Position numbers and translations under genes: made by a program
In this document: positions 43,171-56,555 of the stretch, piece by piece
Layout: the number at the start of each line of letters is the position of its first letter
How positions within the stretch are numbered: position 1 is the stretch's first letter
Source of the DNA: Eledone cirrhosa
Lineage: Eukaryota
Direction: 5' to 3'
Assembly: GCA_964016885.1 (NCBI GenBank)
Contig: OZ024740.1
Span: 153,822,001-153,886,000 of the forward strand
DNA length: 64,000 nt
Notes under the pieces: model-generated
What the model was told of the DNA's origin: nothing
What the model saw: the letters and a program-made list of their open reading frames with translations, nothing else
Databases searched by the model: none

Positions 43171-43429
43171 CGGACTTATCTTCGAAAACATTTCTTCGAA
43201 TACAAATCTTCGAACACATTTCTTCGAAATCAGATACTTCGAATTGTATTTTCGAAAGTATTTAACTCAGAAAATCAAAATATCAAAATGTTGGTTTCAT
43301 ACACCTTCTTCGAATACAAAATTGGGCAATAATCTGTATAAAAACCAGTGTCATCAAGAACATTTATCCAAAAAATTGAGTTGTCGAAGGTATCCTACTT
43401 CGAAGTTTTTGTTTTCGAAGAATAGTCCG
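43171..43429. mobile_element. MITE with TA flanks and TTCGAA subterminal arrays
   Basis: TA|CGGACTTATCTTCGAAAACA ... TGTTTTCGAAGAATAGTCCG|TA. Confidence 0.75.
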
Positions 43430-44010
43430 TAAGCGACAAAATATATATATATACATATAATTGTTTCTACTTTTGGCACAAGGCCATTATATATACATAT
43501 AATAAAAAACGTTCTGCATTGTAGCTACAAACGTGTAGATATAGACAAAAGAAAATTATGTATAAAAGAATTGAATGGTTCGAGTTTTTATATGATAAAT
43601 AATTTGATATGACAAAAGCTAGATATATATAAACCAAAACGTAATTAGAAATTCATATAAAATAAACACTATAATTTTTTTAAAGACTTTCCAAGAAATA
43701 GAAATCTAAATACCTGCAAATATTATTAGAGCATTTTCACACACCATTTGTTAGCCTTGAATATTTTACGTTAATTTTGAACATCTGTGTAAACCTGCTA
43801 GGTTTACACAGATGTTCAAAAGATGAACACTATTTTGCATACCCTCAAAGATGAATCTAATTCTTGTCTTAAAGGAAACTCTTGATGTATTTTTCAAACC
43901 ACATAAGTAATAAGAATAAGAATAAAGGCAAGCCGAGCAGATATAATAATAAAGTAATGAAATACTGTATGCACTGATATATATATATATATATAAGTAA
44001 AACAAGTAAA

Positions 44011-44307
44011 ACGCCGACGGCAGAGCTCAAGCCGTTTCGACGGCTATTTCTGGAAATATTTATGGTGCATCTGGTTCCTTACCACATTCCTTCGTTATAT
44101 ATATATATATATATATATAACGAAGGAAGTGTGGTAAGGAACCAGATGGACCATAACGCACCAGAGTACTCAATACATAGGGTAGTAGAGTGGGTAATAG
44201 GAAAATTTTAACCCTGACGGCAGAGCTCAAGCCCTTTCGACGCCTATTTCTGGACTGAAATGGCCGTCGAAACAGCTTGAGCTCTGCCGTCGGGGTTAAA
44301 CATTTTC
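44011..44307. mobile_element. Two opposed copies of the 32.75-kb fold-back mini-element around (TA)n
   Basis: 44011-44096 (internally deleted) and 44119-44307 share AACGAAGGAA.TGTGGTAAGGAACCAGATG and the half-HHR hairpin. Confidence 0.75.
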
Positions 44308-45807
44308 ATATATATATATATATATATATAACAAAATACAATGATATAGGAATCAAAATAAACAATATGTGGATCATAAAGGTAATAACATACGTTAATA
44401 GATGATAATTGAAATAAAAAAAAACCTACAAGCCCACATTAAATGCTGGCTAAAGCATAGCTCAATTAGGAACAGCCCATATCCGGCGCAAGACATTATT
44501 GTTTCAATAGCACCACATTAACATTACAATCTCAACATAAAATATACTCTACGCAATAATCACCCAATAAAATAATATACCTCACACAAAATGTTTTACA
44601 GGTTTAACACCGAATGCTATAACAGCACTGGTTGTTTGGCTCGGTCGGTTCTAACAACGAGTGTGCCTATTGTTTGAATGACGGAACAACCCGCTCGGGA
44701 AATTAACGTGCGAGTGGCTGAGCGTTTTACAGACATATACTTTTAACGTAGTCTTCGGGAAGATACAGTTTGATACAATGAATAACCATTCATGCCCCAC
44801 ATGCTGTTTCTTCACTTCCTTTTGTGTAATGTTTAATTCAGAAAGGACCGCGACATCTATGAGAGTGCAAGTAATTTTGTTCCAGTTTTTTTGTTATGAT
44901 ATCGGGACTCAATCTTCATTTTAGTTTCAATAAGTTTTAATTACAAGTACAATTGTTTTGATTGTTAAGAAACCTGGTTGCTCGACCTGCTAAAAATTGA
45001 AGACCTCATAATCTCAATATCAAATTCACAACATTGTATCTTAATACGAAAGAAAATGAAATCCCTGTGACACTATTTCTAAATGCAGAGAGTCCCATAT
45101 GCTCTATATCTCAACACAAGATATGTTGGTCGAGGTTGGAAAGCCTTTGATCGAAAAATGGCTGATGTTGGTATAAACAACAACTTCACGTCTCTCGAAT
45201 ATGTGTCTATATACACATACCAGAATTGGAAACAAGATAAACGAATGATTATTTCCAAATTGGATATTTCTTCTGTTTTACGCTATTTTATTCGTTATGG
45301 TGAAATTTCTCCATAAGAATTCTCTTCATTAGGTGAGTTAATGACCGTCAAACAGAAGACGAAAATAATTAAGATAGAAAGAAACCGAGGAATATTGACA
45401 GAAGACATTTGCAGAACTTAAGAGATTTCTTCCACCGATATTAAAAATTCTCCGAATACTCAAGCAATCAATCATGTAATGTCTATAGAATATTTTTTCT
45501 GGTATCTGCACGATAGTGCATAACGTGGATTTACTTTTACCCCATTACACACACGGAGCACACACATATATATATGTAAATATATAAATATATATATATA
45601 TATATGTGTGTGTGTATGTGTATGTATGCATGCATGCATATATATATATATATATACATATAGAGGCAGATACTTCAGTCAGTAATCAACGTATTCAGTT
45701 GTAAATAAATATATTATTCTTTATTACCTTCTAACTTAGTACCGAGTTCTTTATTTAAGTTGCAGTTTTTTTGTTCCATACACATTTAAACTACACAATC
45801 ACTCACG

Positions 45808-45848
<41 letters not shown>

Positions 45849-45859
45849 GCACACGCACG

Positions 45860-45932
<73 letters not shown>

Positions 45933-45985
45933 TTAAATATGTATATATATGCATACATATATATCCATACATATATATATATATG

Positions 45986-46048
<63 letters not shown>

Positions 46049-46524
46049 ATAAATACACATATGTAATATACATATAAGTACACACAAAACCACGTATTTG
46101 TATATACATATATGCATACACATAAATAAATATGTATATATGTATATAGATATATGCATATATACATACATATAAATATGTATATATGTATATAGATATA
46201 TGCATATATGCATATATACATATAAATAAATATTATATATGTATATAGATATATGCATATATGCATACATATAAATGAAAAATGAATAAATAAATAAATA
46301 CATAGAAGTAAAAAGTAAATTAATATAAAAAAATATAAATATAAAAATCGAAATATATAAAATAATATAGTAACAAATATAAAAACTAATGATAAATAAA
46401 TACAAAAGATAGGCAGAGAAAACAATTGTAATGGCTTCTTCCTATTGTAATATCCAGCATTCTTTGTTTTTTGTCTTTTTTGTACTATAAGTTGATTTTT
46501 TTTGTTTTTATTTCTTGTTAGTGT

Positions 46525-47290
46525 TAGTAGTGCTACAGATTATAGTGGTGTTGGTGATGGTGTGAGTGGTAGTGGTGGTTGTGATGGTTGTGGTGGTGGT
46601 GGTGGTGGTGGTGGTTGTGCTGGTAGCGGTGGTCTTGGGGATAATGGTGGTGGTGGTGGGGATAGTGGTGGTGGTGGGGATAATGGTGGTGGTGGTCTGG
46701 TGGTAGCGGTGGTGGTGGTGATGGTGTTGGTAGTGGTAGTGTTGGTGTTTGGTGGAGTTTGTACTGGTAGTTTTGGTGCTCTTGGAGATGATGGTGGTGC
46801 TGATTTGGTGGTTTTGGTAGTGTTGGTGTTTGTGGCGGTGTTGATGTTGGTTTTATTGGTGGTAGTGGTGGTGTTGCTGAGAATGGTGGTGTTTGTAGTG
46901 TTGGTGTTGGTGTTGCTGTTGGTGGTATGGTGGGTGTGGTATGATCTTGGGATAATGGTGGTGGTGGTGGTTGTGGTGGCACTGGTTATCTTGAGGATGA
47001 TGGTGGTGCTAGTGTTGGTGGTGTTTGTAGTGTTGGTGTTGTTGGTGGTGGTGTTGGTGGTGGTTGTACTGGTGGTTGTGGTGGTAGTGGTGGCCTTGCT
47101 GAGCATGGTGGTGCTTGTGTTGTTGGTATTGATGGTGGTTGTACTGGTAGCAGTAGTGATCTTGGTCGTAATGATAATGGTGATAATGGTGTTGTCGGTG
47201 TTTATGGTGTAGGTGGTGTAGATGGTAGTGGTGTTAATGGTCGAGATGTTTTTGTTGTTGTTGTTGGTGGTTGCTGGTTGTTATTGGTGT
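46525..47290 (+). repeat. GGT-rich low-complexity tract, possibly a Gly-rich exon remnant
   Basis: Degenerate GGT/GAT/AGT triplets. Confidence 0.6.
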
Positions 47291-47444
47291 ATTGTTATAG
47301 TTGTTATAGTTGTAATGTTGTAGTAATTGTGTGGTGCCTATATGTTGTTGTAGATGTAGTTGTTCTACTGTATTTAAGACAGTTTGCAATTTAAAAATTT
47401 CATCTTTAACACAAATTTGATTTGCTATTATTTTCCATTACTTT

Positions 47445-47512
<68 letters not shown>

Positions 47513-47529
47513 GTATGTATATATATGTA

Positions 47530-47612
<83 letters not shown>

Positions 47613-47712
47613 ATATATATATGTATGTATATATGTATATATGTATATGTATATACATATATGCATATATATACATACACACATATATATATGTACATAT
47701 ATACATATATAT

Positions 47713-47808
<96 letters not shown>

Positions 47809-47878
47809 GTATATATGTATATGTATATATGTATATATATATATATATATACATACACACATACACACACACACACAC

Positions 47879-47937
<59 letters not shown>

Positions 47938-48100
47938 TGTGTATATATATATATATGAACATAGTGATTTATATCTCGATGCTTGGAAATTTTCCAAAAC
48001 GACATATACTCGGTATATACATACAAGTACGCATACTTACATACATACATACATGTGTGAGTGTGTGTGTGTATGTGTGTGAATGAGTGTGTGTGTGTGT

Positions 48101-48174
<74 letters not shown>

Positions 48175-49404
48175 ATGTGGCTGTGGTTCATGAGGTATTG
48201 TGAATATCAATTTTGATTTCTGATTTATCACGTCTGCTTAGTGAGGCAACTGTTATTATTCCTTTCTTAATGTACAAAGTCATTCTTCACAAAATATCTC
48301 AAGATTTTCTGGCGATAATGTATCGCTTTAATTGAAGCTGCTAAATTTGATTTATAAACTTCTATTAATGTTTTGTCGACGCAAAAGAAATTTAATTCTA
48401 TCTCCAGTGTATTATACTAATAAGACCACCACCCGCCTAAAAATATAAAAAAAAAAGATAACGAAAACCGTTTGTTTTGTATTGTTCGCATTTTATAAAT
48501 GTAATTTTTTTTAAACTCTGCTTTATAAAAGCATTTTTATTTAATATTTGAAGAGATATGCTACAACTATATAAATTATGTTCGATAGTTATCTTAATAG
48601 TAATGTGTAAGTTATTATTATAACCAGTATGGCGGTTATTAAGAGAATAACTTACTTGAATAGATTTTCTTATACATAAAGTGTTGTTGTTATTGTTTTC
48701 TGTTTGCGGCATATAGTTATGTCCCTTTACGTTTTGTGTTCAAATCTTAGCGAGGTTAGCTTTGCCTTTCATTCATACAGGGTGGATAAAGTAAAGTACC
48801 AGTAACACAATGGTGTCGATTTAATCGACTTTCCCCTCCTCCAAAAATGGTGCCCTTGTGCCTAAATCAGAAATCATTATTTAACTCTAACTCAGCTCTG
48901 ACTGAATATGTCTATGATCATAGTCCTTCCACCCAAGACATTCCAGATGTTCTCCTGAAATCTGCACATTTAGAACATTTTAAATATCGTTGGGAGTGTT
49001 TGTGGACTTCTGGGAGACCTTCCAATCTGTTGTGTAGATATGCCTTTCAAGGACCCATTTAAATATACGGGGTAATTGAAAGTGAAGATGTTGGTAACTT
49101 CTGTCATAGAGAGTAATTTGATGTATATGTAGTTGGTATTTGTAGGAGTAAAACAACCATGTAGAGGCTCCTAATTAAATAGTTTACTATAAAATGAATC
49201 TTGAACAAATGCACCATACATCATCCCTTTCCATGCTATACACACTGAAAGTTAACTTGGGCACAATTTGAACACAGAATGTAATGATCCTGTACAAATG
49301 CTTCATAGCATTTTGTTTGACACTTTAACGAATCTGCTAATTCATCACCCATTCAGAATCCCTTGATTACCTGGAAATTCACTGATTTAAAGGACATTTG
49401 TTAT

Positions 49405-49595
49405 ATTTGAGCCATGTTGAATGTTGTGGTACTTTTGAGACATGCTTCACCGTTTTGAGTCACGTTCTTTTATTTTGAGGCAAGTTGTGCTATTTTGATC
49501 AATGTTCCGTTATTTTGAGCCACGTTTGATATGAGGCGTATTGTGTTATTTTTATCCACGTGAATGTTGTGTTATTTTGATTCATGTGAATTTTA
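49405..49595. repeat. Degenerate minisatellite (TTTTGAG-CA-GT...GTTGTG-TA)
   Basis: Several irregular units. Confidence 0.55.
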
Positions 49596-50787
49596 TGCTG
49601 TTTGTTGCGTTTAGCACCCATCATTATATTTTTCTTGATAACTGAGTAAGATCTGATCGAATAGACCTATGAGCAAATGTATTCCAATTATCCGTATTTC
49701 GCCTTTTTGTAGATCAAGAACTTCATTTTTGTATGTTTCCTTCTTATTTGAGGCGTCATGGTGTATTTTGGGAGAGGCTAGGCTGCTATTATGTCAGATC
49801 AAGCTTGTGGTTACTATTGTTGGTGTTTTGCTTCAGATGAGCTTTCGTTTGGTAAAACTATAATTAAAAGCATTCGAGCATTTTATATCGGATATCTATT
49901 ATGTATCTATTACGTATTTAATACTACAGAGTTGGTGGAAGGAAACTGCCTATTTAAAATTATTAATAACTTTATTAATTATGGGTCGATTTTCATAATA
50001 CATTATTTTGAACATTATAATAGAAGTAAAGTAAAGTTTTAAAATTATTCAGCATTGTGCATCCCTGTTTGTAATCGTCTGGGTATATCCTCGACTGACT
50101 TTATCAGGAACTCAGGCGGTATGTTGATCATTACATGACAAAAGCGTTTCTCTAATTGAGTCAGAGTTTTTGGTTTTGTATTATAATCTTCTTCCTTTGC
50201 CTACCCCCAGAGGAAAAAATCGTATAGCGTTAAGTCAGGGATTCTTGCTGGCCATTCTTATGAACTTCAATGACCCAGAAAATGTGCTAGAAATTGGACA
50301 TCAAGCCATTTACGGACAGTGCGTACAAAATGAGGAGGGAGGAATCGTGCATGACTGTGTAGTCATTGAGGTGGTCCTAAGTGGTCACAGCATGCTAAAC
50401 GTTCTCAGCAATTTTCAATAAGGAGTTTATTTCCACCCACCCTCTATATTGTTGAGATATATCTGATGTAGTTTAGATATTTTTAAGACGATATGATTTA
50501 ATATAAAGAAACTTTGGCTGCTATTTCTAGCAAGTCAATGTGTATTTGGGACAGAAATTTTACTTTTGTGTGTACATAAATTTGGGGGAGATTTATATGT
50601 ATGAAATAGAAAATATTTATGCGAGAACATATAGTAGACGTAATTAGAACATATAGTAGACGGTGTCTTAATTAGATGTCTTCGCTGTGAAGAACTGAAA
50701 TGTAAACACTTTCAAATATTACTCTATGTATCGCATGTAGGATATATAATATATAATTCAAATTTGATTTTCATGCTGCACATACGT

Positions 50788-50827
<40 letters not shown>

Positions 50828-50832
<5 letters not shown>

Positions 50833-51545
50833 TAAAGTTAGTCCTTCATCAGTGATCTTCCAACCATCATTGGTATTTCATCGCTTTAAAGACCATATAC
50901 CTCCGGTTGGTGCGAGCCACGGCTAAAAAAAGGTCATTGGGACACGTAAATAAAGGGTACACGAGTGTAAACAAACAAAGATGGTGAAGCAACGAAAAGT
51001 GAGGAAGAAGGAGACAAGTCCCAAATTTCTATGAATATAAATTCGGTGAAATCGTGAACGAGAGAGAATAAAGACCATAAAACCTGGTTGGAATGTGAGC
51101 AAGGAAGGAATTCCGTACAGGTCTAACGGGAGGAAGAAGGGATCTAGTCTGTGATTTCGGTGAACGTAAGTTCTGTGAAATCGTAGACGAGAGAGAGAAA
51201 AAAAGCGACCTGCCAGACCAAGGGTGCGAAAGAAAAGAATTACGCACAGGTCAAACGGGAAGAAGGAGAAGGAGGAGGAGAGGTAGTAACAGAGAATGAG
51301 TGAGTGAAGGGTGAGGAAGAGGCTAACAGAGAGAGTGACTGCTAGAGAGGGTAAAGATACAGAGAAAGAGGAAGCAGTAAGAACGAAATAGATGGGTCAC
51401 AGCGGGGAAAAAATATGTGTAAATATGAGAATAAACGTGCTGCGTGGTTGCTAATGGGTTACATATGAATAAAGTTAGTCCTTCATCAGTGATCTTCCAA
51501 CCATCATTGACATTTCATCGCTTTAAAGACCATATACCTCCGGTT
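50828..51545 (-). mobile_element. Second copy of the about 635-bp non-coding element (637-bp period)
   Basis: Terminal direct repeat at 50828 and 51465; same start point next to (TA)n as the 19778 copy. Confidence 0.85.
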
Positions 51546-51556
51546 TATATATATGT

Positions 51557-52948
51557 GTGTCTTTCGATGTAGTGAATCTCTACACAACGATCCCACACCA
51601 ATACGGACTAGAAGCAATAGGATTCTGGCTACAGAAATATCCCAATGAGATACCTGACAGAATAGAAAAAAGCTTCATCACCGAGGGATTAAAATTTATT
51701 TTACAGAACAACTCTTTTGATTTCGATGGCAGTACTTGCAAGCAAATATCGGGGACTGCGATGGGTACAATAGCCGCTCCAACTTATGCCAACTTAGTCA
51801 TGGCATACTTGGAAGTCCAGATATATGAACAGTCCAAATCAAAATACGGATTGAACTTTCACAAAGTTTTATCAGAAAATTGGAAACGCTACTTGGATGA
51901 TTGTCTCATTCTTTGGTCCCACACACTCGACCAACTAAATGATTTCAAAAATTTAATTAACGGCATCAATAACCCCATCCAATTCACAATAGAACACAGC
52001 CAAGATCAACTCTCATTTCTGGACATCTTAATCTTAAAAAAAGACACAAATATTGAAACTGACATACACTACAAACCAACAGTATTCCAAACAATACCTG
52101 CTATTCACCTCCAAGCATACAAAGCACACGAAGACAAACATTCCTTTTAACCTAGCAAGAAAAATTGGCACAATTGTCTCCAATTATGAAACACGAAATA
52201 AAAAAACTTTAAGAATTAAATTAAATTCTACTCGAAAGACAGTACCCACCATTACTAATAAATAATGGAATAGAAAGGGCTAAAGCAATAGGCATTGATG
52301 AATTACGAAAACAGAAACAAATTCAAGGTACGTCCAATATTTTATCATATATATCAACAGACAACCCAAGAAATGCGGAAACCTACAACACTATTCACAA
52401 GAACATCCCACTATTGAAACAAGACCCAAGAATGAAAAAAGCCCTTGAAACACACAAAGTAATCAAAAGAAAAAGACAACCGAAATCACTAAAAACATGA
52501 CTCACCAATGCCAGATTACCTACTACAAACCCACACGCAACTGTCAGAAAATGTGGTCGCTCTAATTGTGGAACCTGCACTCACCTCATTGAAGGCAACA
52601 CGTATACATTTCAATCAGGACAAAATTTTGCTATAAAAAATCACTTCACTTGCTCATCAAAAAAATCTATTTTATGCCATTAAATGTAAAGGATGCAATG
52701 AAGATTATATAGGACAAACTAAACTCACACTAAGAAACAGAATGACAGGACATCGCCAACAATAACGAGATCCAACCACGAGACAGATACCACTAAGTGC
52801 ACATTTAGACATATGCGCAAGTAATAAGACACCCAAATTCCAAGTCTTCCCATTTTAACTTTGCGCTGACAATACAACAGAACAAATACGAATAAATAAG
52901 GAAAATATGTTTATTCAAAAATATAGACCAACATTAAATATAGTTTAA
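51557..52948 (+). pseudogene. PLE RT plus GIY-YIG, frameshifted
   Basis: SFDVVNLYT, GTAMG, WKRYLDDC, CGRSNCGTC, IYAIKCKGCNEDYIGQT. Confidence 0.9.
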
Positions 52949-53554
52949 TATACATTATGTCAACACCATAACATGCTAACCATCCAAACAGATACATACA
53001 CACACACACATAACACCTTCTACTTTAGAAAATAAAAAACCAGAACTACATAAACCTTAACATACGTTAATACTCTAACACCTTAACATGCTACCCTCTC
53101 CCACACACACATAACTCCCTCCCCCATTTCTACTAACGGAATCATTTTCCTACACACACACACACACACACAAAATATATATATATATATTCTCTCCATC
53201 TTAACATTCTGACCATACTCCCCCCCCCACACACACATAACACCCATACACACACACACGCATAACACCCATATACACACACACATACACACAACTCCAT
53301 CCCCCATTTCTACTAATCATCTTCCTACACACACACACACACACACACAAGCACACAAATAAACATACATATCTCTACTTTCTTTATTTCAATAGAAAGT
53401 CTGAATTCTGACACCCCAGCGAACCAGCCATATTCACTGAACCAGAACAATTCTCCCTATCCCATTTCTATTGACCATTATCTTTTGTTTGCCACACAAT
53501 TCTCTAAAAGGCTACAAAACAAATCCCAAATACAGACTCGAAAATTAATGAACT

Positions 53555-53866
53555 TGTTCACGTGACAGTCATAATTTCATTTATAACCAATCAAATTACT
53601 TTTTTAAAAAAGAGCCTTCGTGAGCCACTTTTTTTAAGTAAAAAGAAATTCAAACACAAACTGGCGGGAAAGCTGATGTGCTTATTCACGTGACTGCATC
53701 AACCAACCAAACTTCACTCATATATGAAAAAACAACCTGACCCCCCCCCCTTGTTTGAAGAACTTTGTAACGCGAACTGGCGCGAAATGTATTATACTTA
53801 TTCACCAACCAATCAAATTACCTCTCTAAAAACCTGGCATTTCGAGCCACTTTTAACCCTATAAAA
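53555..53866 (+). promoter_or_regulatory. Putative pLTR promoter
   Basis: TCACGTGA x2, CCAATCA x2, GGCGGGAAA and GGCGCGAAA, GAGCCACTTTT x2, TATAAAA at 53860. Confidence 0.55.
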
Positions 53867-53928
53867 CAAGTAACATTCAAAGACCAACCAGATGTGAGAC
53901 AAATCACAGACCCTCCATCTCAACTCTA

Positions 53929-53964
53929 CTTTTGAAAAGCAGAAGAACTGCGAAACCGGTAAAG
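53929..53964 (+). ncRNA. Minimal hammerhead, U3-A8 core variant
   Basis: CUU-UUGAAAA-GCAG-AAGAA-CUGC-GAAA-CCGG-UA-AAG, then AAUAAA. Confidence 0.7.
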
Positions 53965-54241
53965 GAACCAAATAAATATATATATTTAAAAAAAAAAAAC
54001 TCCAGTTGCATTTTCGATTTCATCTTTTTCCTTATACTTTCACTCGTGAAGGACACCTCGGTTATTTTTCATTTTGTAAAAAAAACCTCACTTTCTAATA
54101 TATATATAAATATATATATATATATATTTATTAAAATAACAGATATTCGCTCTACGGTTCTTATATATTTGATATATATTTATCCTTATCGAGCCCTCTT
54201 TGGATTTTAGTCTTCAAATTTATTATTATTACTATATATAT

Positions 54242-54317
<76 letters not shown>

Positions 54318-54448
54318 CTGAAAATTTCTAAAGAATGAAACAGTTCTAGTCATGTAGAATCTCATCTATATTAAAACTTTTATACTCTGGTATGTATTGA
54401 GTACCTTACTTACTGTGGTTACCTCCGATTCAACCCGGAATAACTTAC

Positions 54449-54521
<73 letters not shown>

Positions 54522-54833
54522 GTTGGATAGAATGCTTTATGGTATTGGTTACGGCTCTCTGCTCTCTGAGTCCAAATCCCGCCGCGATCAACTTTGCTTT
54601 TCATCCTTTCGAGGTCGATAAAGAAAGTACCAGCGTAGTAATGGGGTCGATTCTTCCTCTATTGCATTTCCTCTCTCTCACTTTCTATCTTTTTCTGGAA
54701 GAAATATGCTGTACACTGGTTAGGGACGGGATGGCCTCTGCTAGGCTTAAATGGCCTTAAAAAGCCAAGAAACGACGTATATTAATACGGCGCCCCTAAG
54801 ACTCTATCAGTAGTTAAGGAAACAAACATACAT

Positions 54834-54942
<109 letters not shown>

Positions 54943-55475
54943 GTGTAAGGAATTCTTTTACAATGGAATTAGCTCGAAAGGAAATATTCCTGAGCCGTGT
55001 ATAAAAGTAATATATATGAGTAATATATATGTTGAAACAGATACCAACATATCTGTATTTATATGTATAAACATCATTGCCATTTGGCAGCACAACTAGT
55101 TTTTGTCGATTTATTATTATTATTATTTTAAATCGATGTGGACGAACTGTGGTATAATAATTAATATTCTTCAGTCTGGCTAACTTTCTTTTGCAATATA
55201 AATACAGATATGTTGGTATCTGTTTCAACATATATATTACTCATATATATTACTTTTATACACGGCTCAGGAATATTTCCTTTCGAGCTAATTCCATTGT
55301 AAAAGAATTCCTTACACTTAATATAACGGCTCTTCGTCGAGCTAAAATTCGCCTCATATATACGACTGTTATTTCTAGCAGTACGGTTATGAGACTAGCC
55401 TGAATCTGTGAACCCATGTGCGTCACACAGTCTTTTAAATTATTTAGAAGTGAAGCTTATCAATTGTCTCTGGAT

Positions 55476-55540
55476 GTTTACTGAGGAGAGCAGTGGCATG
55501 ATATTCCTACACTTATATCCATCTCGAAACATGTTTGGAT
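55476..55540 (+). ncRNA. Type I hammerhead motif, unit 1
   Basis: GUUUA-CUGAGGA-GAG..CUC-GAAA-CAUG-UU-UGGAU; stem I is wobble-rich. Confidence 0.65.
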
Positions 55541-56000
55541 TTTGAGGTTTAAACTTATCTACTGAACAGGTTTGACTTTGAAATTTAAATATGTATAAAC
55601 ATCATTGCCATTTGGCAGCACAACTAGTTTTTGTCGATTTATTATTATTATTATTTTAAATCGATGTGGACGAACTGTGGTATAATTAATATTCTTCAGT
55701 CTGGCTAACTTTCTTTTGCAATATAAATACAGATATGTTGGTATCTGTTTCAACATATATATTACTCATATATATTACTTTTATACACGGCTCAGGAATA
55801 TTTCCTTTCGAGCTAATTCCATTGTAAAAGAATTCCTTACACTTAATATAACGGCTCTTCGTCGAGCTAAAATTCGCCTCATATATACGACTGTTATTTC
55901 TAGCAGTACGGTTATGAGACTAGCCTGAATCTGTGAACCCATGTGCGTCACACAGTCTTTTAAATTATTTAGAAGTGAAGCTTATCAATTGTCTCTGGAT

Positions 56001-56065
56001 GTTTACTGAGGAGAGCAGTGGCATGATATTCCTACACTTATATCCATCTCGAAACATGTTTGGAT
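56001..56065 (+). ncRNA. Type I hammerhead motif, unit 2
   Basis: Identical to unit 1. Confidence 0.65.
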
Positions 56066-56244
56066 TTTGAGGTTTAAACTTATCTACTGAACAGGTTTGA
56101 CTTTGAAATTTAAATATGTATAAACATCATTGCCATTTGGCAGCACAACTAGTTTTTGTCGATTTATTATTATTATTATTTTAAATCGATGTGGACGAAC
56201 TGTGGTATAATAATTAATATTCTTCAGTCTGGCTAACTTTCTTT

Positions 56245-56292
<48 letters not shown>

Positions 56293-56555
56293 CATTATAC
56301 ATATATACATATATATCTCTATATATTTATGCACACACACACACACGCGCAAAAAGAAAAAGAAAACTACATGAGAAGCATATATATTGATTCTATCTAG
56401 GAAAATATTTTCCTAGCGTTTCCTCGGCTAGTAGACTTTTAACAAGGTCGTATCTTTAGCTAAATGAAGTTGGTTCTTGTTCTTGTTTTTATCATTTATA
56501 TTTTCATTTTATGTTCATATTTTATTTCCAGTCTTATCTATCTATCTATCTATCT

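Larger units (their letters stand above)
51556..54230 (+). mobile_element. 5'-truncated Neptune-type Penelope-like element
   Basis: RT/EN remnants, long 3' region, promoter-like block and HHR; ends at TA repeats. Confidence 0.85.

Noticed and set aside
43171-43429. CRISPR-like or heat-shock-element array
   Set aside because: Repeats are 6 bp with about 8-bp spacers, there are no cas genes, and TTCGAA lacks the 2-bp spacing of an HSE.
46533-47106. Mucin/extensin-like Thr/Pro ORFs on the minus strand
   Set aside because: Mirror frames of the GGT tract, with no supporting gene structure.
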